From positions 33,601-97,600 of the IMG/VR virus record IMGVR_UViG_3300020000_000010: a DNA stretch of 64,000 nucleotides; one strand, 5' to 3'. The notes beneath the pieces are model-generated. The model did not search any database. It was not told the origin of the DNA and saw only the letters and a program-made list of their open reading frames with translations. Source of the DNA: a virus. How positions within the stretch are numbered: the first letter of the stretch is position 1; each line of letters opens with the position of its first letter. The position numbers and the translations under genes are program-made. Positions 40,628 to 50,240 of the stretch are shown here, in pieces.

Positions 40628-41164
40628 TTATGCTTGTATAGCAGCAGCTAAAGGAGCAGCAGCAGCAACTTCTTCAAGTTGTGCTTTAGCTTCATTTAGA
40701 GGCACTAAAGCAGTATGAGCAAGGAAAGTGTGTTTAGCTTCTCCAAGTACAATAGTACTATTAGAAAAGATAAATCCATTTGCATTACGCAAATACTGAG
40801 TTACACCATCTTTATTAACATATTGCTTAGCACTAGCTAAAGCATTAGCTTTTTGATATTCTGAAGGAGTATTGGTTTCAGTAATTTGAACACTCAAAGC
40901 CAATCCTTCAATCATAGGATTTTCAATAGAAACTTCTACAGGAGATCCTACTTTAATATCTTTACAAGAGATAGCAAAATATTTTTCAATCTGAGAAGGT
41001 TCTGCTACCATCCAAGCTTTTCTAGCTTTAGCTTGATTAAACCTATCATCTCCTACATTTAGAAGAGCCAATAGATTTGTAGTTTTACCAACTACTTGTG
41101 AGATTTCAATTTCATACTTTCCACCTTTTACTGCCCTTACACGGGTTAATGTTGCATTTTTCAT
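40628..41164 (-). CDS. Hypothetical protein, probably highly expressed
   Basis: 178 aa, Ala-rich, with its own terminator and a long structured region upstream. Confidence 0.75.
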   Translation of the reverse strand: MKNATLTRVRAVKGGKYEIEISQVVGKTTNLLALLNVGDDRFNQAKARKAWMVAEPSQIEKYFAISCKDIKVGSPVEVSIENPMIEGLALSVQITETNTPSEYQKANALASAKQYVNKDGVTQYLRNANGFIFSNSTIVLGEAKHTFLAHTALVPLNEAKAQLEEVAAAAPLAAAIQA

Positions 41165-41216
41165 GTTAATTTGTATTATTTATTATGTTATTTTCATTTT
41201 ATTTTGGCTAAAATGA

Positions 41217-41411
41217 GATTCCTTAGCATCTTTGATTGCTATAAACATACTTTCTCTTCAAGATATGTTTTATGAGGGCTTAGAACCTCTCTATAGGTTT
41301 AGAACTTTCTTTTATTAACTATAGAGCCTTTTAGAGGGAGGAATATTTCCCCAACTACCCTCCTCCCAATGGTAGCAACTTAAAACCCTTAACTTTAGGC
41401 GTTAAGGAACC
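41217..41411 (-). ncRNA. Putative ~195-nt structured RNA with an H-type pseudoknot
   Basis: Closing stem GGTTCCTTA/TAAGGAATC. A CTACC/GGTAG stem has loop GGGAGGA that pairs with TCCTCCC. Also CTCTATAG/CTATAGAG and further hairpins. Confidence 0.55.
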
Positions 41412-42102
41412 GTAGGTTATTCAAAATATTTATCATACATTATTTCTCCTAATATATAACAAATAATTAATGGAGAAAATAAATATATAATAAATATTTT
41501 AATACTGTTAAGTTCTTCTTTTTCTTTGTCTATACAACTAATAAAACCTAGTCCTATTAGATATAAAATTATTATTTCTATCATAATTCAAGTTTTAATT
41601 GGTTTTTAATAGCTTCTTTAACACTAGGAAATAAATTAATAATTCTATTTCCCATTTTATTCCTATAGTTTATCTCTTGGTTTAAACACTTAATCCAAGT
41701 ATCTTTTGGATAGGCTCCAAAAGTATTTTTATTAGATCTCTTTATAATCCCTATAATATGATATATATGAGGAGTAGAAAGTTCTTCAATCTTTTTTGGT
41801 TGCTTATTTAAAGGCTTCCAATACATTTCTGTTCTTTGTTTTTCATATAGATTCATAAGATTTGGGGTTTTAGTTATTTATAGATTCTTTAAATAAAAAT
41901 TCATAAGTTTTATATCCTATTGTCATAGATGTTACAATTGGAGAAAATAATATACAAAAAAACCATAAAATTAATTCAGGTTCTTTATTAGTATCTTCTT
42001 GATAATGTAATAACATTCTAGAACAGAATCCTATACATATGAAATATACAATAGTTATTAAAAAAGGTATCATTTTTTAAGTTTTAAAAGGTTAATAATT
42101 AA

Positions 42103-42213
42103 AAAGAATATTAAATACTATTTCTAGGAATCGAACCTAAATAGAAACCATATAACATTAAATTACAAGTAATTATTGTAGTTATTATTCTTAAACAATA
42201 TCTAATATTCTTT
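42103..42213 (-). ncRNA. tRNA-like RNA: T-arm inside a 21-bp closing stem
   Basis: 21-bp stem with three G-U pairs on the minus strand, TAGG-TTCGATT-CCTA, and TACAA-7nt-TTGTA. Confidence 0.6.
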
Positions 42214-42217
42214 GTAC

Positions 42218-42370
42218 TAGTTCTAATGAGACTCAAACTCATGCCCTCCTATTTTCTTCAAGTTTTCACAATAGGTTCTTGACTAATCAATCTACTATTG
42301 TAGTTAACGTCTTTTTGTATACTATTTAATGAAGTAGGTGCTCTACCAACAAAAACTGAGCTATAGAACT
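42218..42370 (-). tRNA. tRNA(CAT)-like gene with a ~74-nt insertion in the anticodon loop
   Basis: Acceptor AGTTCTA/TAGAACT, D GCTC/GAGC, CCTAC-TT-CAT, insert, AA-ATAGG, variable AGGGC, T-arm ATGAG-TTTGAGT-CTCAT. Confidence 0.7.
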
Positions 42371-42689
42371 TATGGGTTTACTTTTCATCTTTATTTATTT
42401 TATAACAGAAATATAAAAATCCTATTATAATAATTGTACTAGAAACTATATCTAGTATTTGTTTTGCTAGTAATAATTTTATGAAATTCATTATTTTATG
42501 GTTTTAATTAGTTATAATAATCCTTCTCTTTGCTTTCTTTCATGTTTATCATTAAGAAAATTACCAAAGCTATTTGTATCATCCATACTTTCTGTACCTA
42601 TAAAATCATCCTTTTTTATATTTTTTGATTTTAAAGTTTTGCTTTTATCAGGTTTCTTTTTAATTTTCATTATTTTAAGTTTTAGTTAG

Positions 42690-42765
42690 TACCCCAGGTA
42701 GGATTCAAACCTACATATGTTCAGTTATGCACCTTCTGTTTAGAAAACAGGGCCAATACAAGGGC
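42690..42765 (-). tRNA. Non-canonical tRNA-Arg(TCT) lacking a D-arm
   Basis: Acceptor GCCCTTG/CTGGGGT, anticodon arm CTGT-TTTCTAA-ACAG, ~20-nt variable region, T-arm GTAGG-TTTGAAT-CCTAC. Confidence 0.65.
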
Positions 42766-44663
42766 ATATAGATTTAAAAACCCCTATCTTACTATTAATT
42801 CAAATAGAGGTTTAATATAAAAAATGTATTATTGGGTATTATCACCTAATGTCTTCTTTCATAGAAAGATATTTTTTTTGCTTCCGCTTCTAAACTAAAT
42901 ACATTTTTATTGTAAGCCTTTTACGTTATTTCTTACAGGAAGGTTATTTACTATTACCTACAAAAGTTTCTCTTAAGAACTAAAAGAATATTTCAACTGA
43001 CGATAGACTTTTCTACCTTTAGTTGAAGTTCTATTATTTCTCCTATATTCTATTTCAATCTCTCCTTTTATATTAATAAAAGTATTTTCATTTCTTAACC
43101 TTCTATTAAAGAAAGTATTATTATGAAAAGGGTTTTCTTTGGTTATAGGATTTAATAGAATAGGTTTACCATAATTAGGATTAGACATATCTAAATCCAT
43201 ATCAAATTGTTTTACATAGGGCTGGTTTTTCATAGTTTTAAGTTATTATTTGGTTAGTAATATCTATTTGTTCTAAAATATCTGATTTCTTATAACAAAT
43301 TTGAGATTTTCCAGATTTTCCAAAATATGTTCTTATTTTGTAAATTCTAAATCCTTCTTTAATTAGTTTTAATAGTTCTGAATATTCTATGTGTCTATAG
43401 ATTTGGGTTACTCTTTTAAAAGCACAGAAATCATCTAAATTATGTATATAATCTGGTATATCATAATGAGGAGTTTCTAATTTATTACAACATTTTGTAG
43501 TATTTGTTATTCTTTTGTGTTTCTCTGAATAGAAAATCCCCAATCCATCTGAATCTTCTATTCTATATATCCACATACTGTTTAAGTTTTAAGTTTAAAT
43601 ACAACTATTAAGACTAATATCAAAGATATAAATATAGTTACACAATTAAGAATTATTAATACCAAAGATAAATCTTTTGAAGAATTATCCATATTATTAA
43701 CAACTGTTTCTTTAGTATCTATATAATATATGTTGTTTTTATCATTCTCTTTAGCTTGATTTAAGGTACATTGATTAGAAGTATCTCTTTGGTGTAAAGT
43801 ATCTTGATAAGTGATATTTGGAGGTTTTTCTTGGTATTTCTGACAACTAGTTAATCCTGATAATATAGACAATATTAACATAATTAAAAAGAAGAATTTT
43901 ATAGGGTTTTTCATGGTTAATTAAGTTAATTTGGTTTTATATTTTGTTATTATATAATCTCTAATTCCAAATAGAATTAATAATAGTAAAATATATTCTG
44001 GTTCTATTTGGATTATCATGGTTATTATGGTTTTAACTATTTCTTATTAGTGATTTTTGATATTCGTTTTCAAGGTTATCAATATACCCTACATATTCTT
44101 CAACAAGAGACATATCCCATCTATACCATTTAAAAGAAAGATCATTAAATTCCTCTCTATTATAATAACAATTCTCATTTATCAATAAAACAGTTTCTAG
44201 TTTTGTTCTTATTTTCATGGTTATTGTTTTTTAAAGGTTATTATATCTCCTATATTATATTTACCACAAGTATCTATAATATGTGACTTCATTGGTAGTA
44301 ATACATCATTAAAATTTGTATATTTACAATATCCTTTTCCAAGATCTTCAATATCTGTTATTTTTAAACTAATTGAAGGTATTCTAGTACAGCTATTTAA
44401 TCCAATTAGGATAGATAGTATTAAAATTAGTTTTTTCATGGTTTTATAGATTTTGTATATTTTAAAGATTAAAAAGTTCCAATAGCCATATATGTTAAAA
44501 TAAACATTTGGGAAATATCCATTAATAAATGGTTTTTTCATAGTTTTAAATTGATTTCTTAATAAGTATTAGAGGCTTCTATATATTCCAATAGATATTT
44601 TATTACCTCTAATACTAGTACAACAAACGGCTATTTGTGTATTATTACCTAATACTAGGCTAA

Positions 44664-45056
44664 TGGTGGAGGTGGTGGCATATGCTAGCCACGTTATTCC
44701 ATAATAAGTAATAGTGTTCTACAAGTTTAGTATTTAGATTTCTCCTAATACAGGATAATTACTATTAGTAGTAATCACTCTATCTGCTATAATTTTAATT
44801 CTTCCCAGATAACTAGAATTTTCCTAAATTTAGTTAAGCTAATACTAAATCTGCTTTAGGAGCAGTTACTGATTTAACAGTTTTAACAGAGCTTGATGGT
44901 TTTACAACCCAATTAGAACAGTCTGCTACTGTACCTACTTCGTTGGTTATTACACATTTGTCATTTATGACTTTGAATACATAGATTAATGAGATAGTAT
45001 ACATCTCTCAACTTGCTTGTTATTAATTATATATAGAATGCTTACTGTTCACCCCC
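44664..45056 (-). ncRNA. ssrA: tmRNA (393 nt)
   Basis: 5' GGGGGTG pairs with CACCTCC-A-CCA and gives G3-U. GCAAG/CTTGT helix within TAAACTTGTAGAA, ATAAAT-GAC resume context, and an open tag frame 44962-44834 ending LVLA-stop. Confidence 0.9.
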
Positions 45057-45267
45057 ATATATTATTGTAACCAATATTTAAATAGTAGTTTTCCTTCTAA
45101 ATATATTGATTGTGTATTGTTTAATTGGTTGTAAACTATTAGTTTCATAGTATTTTAAGTTTGGGTTTAAACAAGTATTGATAGATAGATAGTAACTCTA
45201 CTTTTTACGCCTCTAAACTTAGGATACAATCTAAGATTTATTTCAAGGATCTATCAATACTATATTA

Positions 45268-45909
45268 TTAATTAAGATTTTCTTCAATCCATTTATCACG
45301 ATCTTTATTATTATATTCCATTCTAGCATATTTACTAAAGGATTTACATAATAATTTAACAACTTCATTTCTTGAATAATCTTTAAATTGTCTTATTATA
45401 ACTGTATTATCTTCTCTTGTTTTGAGTTTGTAAATATCAGGGGCTTCACAAATTCCTATACAATTACAACTTAAGCCTTTAGACTTTAAACAATCAATCT
45501 TATCAGTTTCTTCCCACTCTAATTGAACTTCAGTAATAGGATTATCTTCATTATAGGCTTTTATGTAAGCTTTAATAAATGATTCAGGAATTGATGGTAA
45601 TTCTAATGAGTTATCTGTTGAAGCTATTATTTTACCCATATTACCAGTCCAACTAAAATCTCCTTTTTTATAAATAAATCCAGATGTATTTTGTTTAATT
45701 TCTATGATATAATTTTTATTATCTTTATACATCCAATCTCCTTCTTTAATTTCATCATTAGATAAAATATAAAGTTCATAATATTGACAATCATTATAAC
45801 TTATATTGCTTTCTGAATTAAAAATTAGTTTACTTTGTTTCCATTCAGTAAACATCTTTGCTTTTCTATTATTAGTAGGAAGCATGATAATTTTATTTGT
45901 TGTTATCAT
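45268..45909 (-). CDS. Conserved Bacteroidota-phage hypothetical protein
   Basis: LYILSNDEIKEGDW, KIIASTD, LPSIPESFIKAYI. Confidence 0.7.
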   Translation of the reverse strand: MITTNKIIMLPTNNRKAKMFTEWKQSKLIFNSESNISYNDCQYYELYILSNDEIKEGDWMYKDNKNYIIEIKQNTSGFIYKKGDFSWTGNMGKIIASTDNSLELPSIPESFIKAYIKAYNEDNPITEVQLEWEETDKIDCLKSKGLSCNCIGICEAPDIYKLKTREDNTVIIRQFKDYSRNEVVKLLCKSFSKYARMEYNNKDRDKWIEENLN

Positions 45910-46565
45910 TGTGAGTGTTTTAAGTTAATAATTAAGATCTCTTCTGGTTTTAATTTTATTCCACTTGGTTTATTAAACAAATAACCACATTTAATACACC
46001 AAGTAATACCAAAAGTATTATCTCTTAGTTTATGTTTATCTGGTTTACAAGTTTCCATGTGTTTGGGATTTAAAAAGATAACTAAAAGAAATAGTAAAGT
46101 GTTAGCAGAGTTATCACTCTTTATGTATACTAATATAATACTATTTGTTGAACTATTATACTACCGTTCGAGTATTCTATAGTTATATTATTTAATCAAA
46201 TTCTTTAATGCCCAATATTCAGGATTTATAAATTTGGTTATAGTATCTTCTATACTCATTAAAGAAACTAGTAGAAATATTAACCATAATATAAATAAGG
46301 CTATCATTATTATTTCTGTTCCATCATCTTCAAAATATTTAGTGTATTCTTTATTATAACCATATTCTTTTTTACTAAATTGTTTATGATATTTATAAAG
46401 AATAACTCCAGAGATAATTACTATTAAATAGTAAAATAAATCTGTAATAGCACTTATTTGTGCTTGTTTAATCAAAATACTCCACAAGTATTCTGCTTTT
46501 GTACCAAGTTTGTTGGTAATTTCTCTTAAAAAAGAGATAATTTGGGTTTCCATAAGTTTTAGGTT

Positions 46566-47213
46566 TTAAAATTGTTTGTTTATAAAATCAATAATTATAT
46601 TTATTAATTGTTGATTTTTTTGGTTTTTAGCAGCAGCATCAGCAGCAGCAGCATCAGCAGCATAAGCAGCAGCAGCATCAGCAGCATAAGCAGCATAAGC
46701 AGCAGCATCAGCAGCATAAGCAGCAGCAGCAGCAGCATAAGCAGCAGCATAAGCAGCATCAGCAGCATCAGCAGCATAAGCAGCATCAGCAGTATCAGCA
46801 GCAGCATCAGCAGCATCAGCAGCATAAGCAGCATCAGCAGTATCAGCAGCAGCATCAGCAGCATCAGCAGCAGCTCTTCTAAATTCTAATAATTTTTCTT
46901 TTGTTATAGGATTATTATTAAAATCTTTAATTGCTTTTATACAATCTTTTACTCTATTATCAGAAGGATATCTTTCATTGTAAATATGAGAAACATTTTC
47001 TGCTAATAAATAAGATAATTCTTTTTTTTGATCTAAAGTTAAATCTGATTTTTTAAATAAAAACCAAATTTTATCTTTTGTAGGCATTTCTGAATTTATT
47101 ATATCTAATATAGTAATTTCAGTATTATTAATGAAAGATAAAGAATTAACTTGATTTATATCATAGCATCCTTTATTATCAATAATATATTTCTTTGTGA
47201 ATTCTTTTTTCAT
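46566..47213 (-). CDS. Protein with an Ala/Asp/Tyr low-complexity repeat
   Basis: Globular N-terminus (YPSDNRVKDCI), then (AADAAY)n. Confidence 0.75.
   Translation of the reverse strand: MKKEFTKKYIIDNKGCYDINQVNSLSFINNTEITILDIINSEMPTKDKIWFLFKKSDLTLDQKKELSYLLAENVSHIYNERYPSDNRVKDCIKAIKDFNNNPITKEKLLEFRRAAADAADAAADTADAAYAADAADAAADTADAAYAADAADAAYAAAYAAAAAAYAADAAAYAAYAADAAAAYAADAAAADAAAKNQKNQQLINIIIDFINKQF
46629..46874. repeat. Coding GCA-rich tandem repeat
   Basis: GCAGCATCA/GCAGCATAA units, which read A/D/Y on the minus strand. Confidence 0.95.
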
Positions 47214-49021
47214 TGTTTTAAGGTTATTTGGGTTTATATTAAGTTTTAATAGTAATTAGATTTCTAATCCTTATTACTACTAGAAAATAGATATTATAGA
47301 ACATTAGTCTATATATATCTATTCTATCTAACAGGCTACTTCAATAGCTGCTACCTATTTATAAGATTTGAAGATCTTATTTATCAGGGTTTTACTAGAG
47401 TTTTATGTATATTTACTTTCTTCTCTCAGAAACACCGTTTACACCACTTTATAATAACCTTTGTTAATTAAAAATAAAGCCTTCCCAACTAGTATATAAC
47501 CGCGTTAGCACTTGGTACAACTAGAGGAAGACTTATGTTGTTAAATGAATATTTGTGATATTGGATATAAATGAGTTGAAAAATTATCATCTGTTATAAC
47601 CCATAAAGCTATTGTTTCTGGTTCAGAATAATCTTCATTCTCAAATCTTCTTCTAAATGATATAGTATTATCAAGAGTTCTATTCTCAAATATACGAGTT
47701 TTTTCATTTTTTATTATACCATTAATAGAGTTATTATCTCTATCTTTGATAATACAAGTTGTACCATGAAAATTACTATGTATATATTCAATTAAATCTC
47801 TTTCAATTTGATTACATTTATATACAAACTCAAATCTATCTGATTGATGATAACCTTCTATTTTACTAAGCATTTGCTTAATAATATTATGACAGTTATC
47901 ATTCTTGTTCAAAAAGCTATTTAGTTTGCTATTACCATTATATTCTTCAATTAGTTCTTTGGTTTGTTTATTTATTAGCTCTTCAATAGACTTCATGGGA
48001 TTAAGTTTTAAGTTGGTTTATGATTGGGGATTAATTAAAGAATTCATCAACAAAATCCCAGAGTTCTTCTAGGGATTCAATAGAATAATTATATTTGGAC
48101 ATTTGATTAAAAATTTGTGGTTAATATTTATAAAAAGAACATTCTGCTAAGGTTTATATTAATTGCAACTCACTCACCATACATATAATATAAAGAGCTT
48201 AGTCTAAAAGAATGTTCTTAATTAGCTATCAAATAAGATGCTGATAGTTTTTAGGTTTTTGGGAAAATTGAGATTGTTGGGTGGAGGTTCTAGGTTACTG
48301 ATTACCAATACTTTAACCAAATATATAAATATAACAATTTCTGGATCTTTACCAGCCTTCTATTATACTAAGCCTCTTATTTAAAAGTCAGCAAGAGTTT
48401 TTTACTTTATTGTTATATTTAATACTTTAGTAACCATTTCCATCAAAATAATCTCTTTCAAGATCATAATCTGATTGTTCTTTCTTCTGTTTCTTTCTTT
48501 CCAAATGCTTATCTATTTCATTGAAAGCCCAAACAGCAGCAAAAGGAAATAGTATAAATAGTGCTTTCATATTTAGTATTTTAATTGTTAAAAACTATCA
48601 TCTCCATCATCAAAGTTGGAGAGAAATCTGTATACTCCATAGATTATTAAGGATAGGCATAATCCAGGAATAGTAATGTATAAAAGTGTTATCATTTTTG
48701 TTGGTTTTAAGTTGGTTAATAAATAATAGAACAAAGGATTAACCATGATTATTGAGAAAACAATTAATCCAGTGTCCTATTAATCTTCCTATGAAGAAGA
48801 TCTTTAATTCAAATAATACCAAATAGTCTCCAAAGAATCTGTATACAAACTCCTACAAGGATCAGGATCTACTTGATTGTGTTTAAACCCTTTAAAAGGA
48901 TAAGTATCAGAGTTATAGTTCTTTTCTATCTCTATTTTCTGGTTTCTAGCCTCTATTAATACTTTAATGAGATCTAGGTTAGGTTCTTGGTTTAACATAG
49001 TTTAGGTTTTAAATAATAGTT

Positions 49022-49055
49022 AAAACAAAGAACTAGCCCCGAAGGACTAGCTCTT
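49022..49055 (-). terminator. Strong intrinsic terminator with a C(UUCG)G loop
   Basis: Minus strand AAGAGCTAGTCC-TTCG-GGGCTAGTTCTT-TGTTTT. Confidence 0.88.
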
Positions 49056-49065
49056 AGAATTAGAA

Positions 49066-49380
49066 TTAAGACATACTGAAAGTAGGAGTGATGCCCTTAG
49101 AAATAAGGTGATCCATAATCTCCATAGTAGAGTGCTTCTTAACAATCTGCTTACCACAACCAAGGAAGTTATTACCATCCTTCTGAAGTATTCCTTCAGT
49201 CTTGTCCTTCTTAACATATTTATCACCAGCTTTCTTTGATTCATAACAGATAATCTCTGCATTAGTATCAAATTGTGATTTTGGTGCCCAAACAGTAGCT
49301 CCAGACATTGTTGTAACAATATACTGTTCTTTACCATCAACAGTTACAAGTTTCCAAGAAGCAATAATTTCGTTTTTCAT
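49066..49380 (-). CDS. First gene of the leftward block, small beta-rich hypothetical protein
   Basis: 104 aa with its own terminator. Confidence 0.75.
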   Translation of the reverse strand: MKNEIIASWKLVTVDGKEQYIVTTMSGATVWAPKSQFDTNAEIICYESKKAGDKYVKKDKTEGILQKDGNNFLGCGKQIVKKHSTMEIMDHLISKGITPTFSMS

Positions 49381-49506
49381 GTTAGTTTGTTTTAAGTTAG
49401 TATTTTACTGGAGGGGTATTTTCCAGCTCAGTTATTGGGTGGGGTGGTTTTTTTAAGCAAGAGACTGATTATCAACACACTAAAGTTTAAAAAAATATGA
49501 AAAAAA

Positions 49507-49538
49507 TTTGGAAATTAAAAATATTTTACCTACCTTTG
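49507..49538 (+). promoter_or_regulatory. Bacteroidota sigma70-type promoter
   Basis: TTTG-N20-TACCTTTG upstream of the ATG at 49561. Confidence 0.85.
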
Positions 49539-49560
49539 TATTCAAATTAAATATTAAAAT

Positions 49561-50151
49561 ATGATAAAATATTACATTTATGCATTATGTGAACCAGAAA
49601 CAGAAGTAATTAGGTATATAGGGCAGACCAGACAAACTCTTAAACAGAGATATAAGAATCATATAAGCAGTTCTAAAACAGAAAAACTATATAAAGCCTA
49701 TTGGATTAAAAAACTACTGTCTAATGGAGAAAAACCAACATTAATGGTATTAGATATACTATACGTAGATAATATATCTAAAGAAAATCAACTATTTATA
49801 GATAAATGGGAATATTTCTATATTCAAAAATATAAAAAATTAACAAGGTTAACAAACGATAGGGAAATAGAAGGCTTTAGAAAGACTAAAAGAGAAACAA
49901 GAGGTAATTCAAGAAAAACAATGTTAAAAATATCTAAAGAGAAAGGTTGGTGTAAGTCTATAAAACTCAGACACATAGAAACAGGAGAGATCTTTGAATT
50001 TGCTTCTGTAAGAGAAGCATGGAAGACTTTGGGTATGAGAGAAGAACAATTAAGATTGTTAAGAAAAGGTTGGAATATGGTTAAACAATCAGGAAAACTA
50101 TATAAAAAGATAATAAAACAATGTAAAGGATATGAAATAGTTATAGATTAG
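49561..50151 (+). CDS. Free-standing GIY-YIG endonuclease with a NUMOD1-like C-terminus
   Basis: YIYAL...RYIGQT...RYKNH...E, and TGEIFEFASVREAWKTLG. Confidence 0.88.
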   Translation: MIKYYIYALCEPETEVIRYIGQTRQTLKQRYKNHISSSKTEKLYKAYWIKKLLSNGEKPTLMVLDILYVDNISKENQLFIDKWEYFYIQKYKKLTRLTNDREIEGFRKTKRETRGNSRKTMLKISKEKGWCKSIKLRHIETGEIFEFASVREAWKTLGMREEQLRLLRKGWNMVKQSGKLYKKIIKQCKGYEIVID

Positions 50152-50203
50152 CTATATAATAATGATCCAAATATCATTTTTTATAAAAATAAGTGAAAAT
50201 AAA

Positions 50204-50235
50204 TTTGGAGATAACAAAAATATGTATTACTTTTG
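50204..50235 (+). promoter_or_regulatory. Bacteroidota sigma70-type promoter
   Basis: TTTG-N20-TACTTTTG, with no credible ORF for about 400 nt downstream. Confidence 0.8.
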
Positions 50236-50240
50236 TGTCC

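Larger units (their letters stand above)
34394..49380 (-). other. Early/accessory region of more than 40 small co-oriented genes interleaved with structured RNAs
   Basis: Dense 50-215 aa minus-strand ORFs, several with TM or lipoprotein-like signals (35632-35847, 43582-43914, internal start of 44221-44541), and a shared AAAC(C/T)TAAAACNATG-like start context. Confidence 0.8.

Noticed and set aside
42735-42752. Reading the 42690-42765 tRNA as an amber (CTA) suppressor
   Set aside because: The symmetric 7-nt loop TT-TCT-AA centres on TCT. CTA would require an off-centre loop, and no recoding is evident.
46604-46889. Poly-Leu/Met and poly-Ser/Ile ORFs
   Set aside because: They are alternate frames of the Ala-rich repeat in 46566-47213.
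47250-47460. Several hairpins and a CTGATAA that suggested a hammerhead ribozyme
   Set aside because: The CUGAnGA/GAAA core is not satisfied, and the AT-rich stems are too weak to call.
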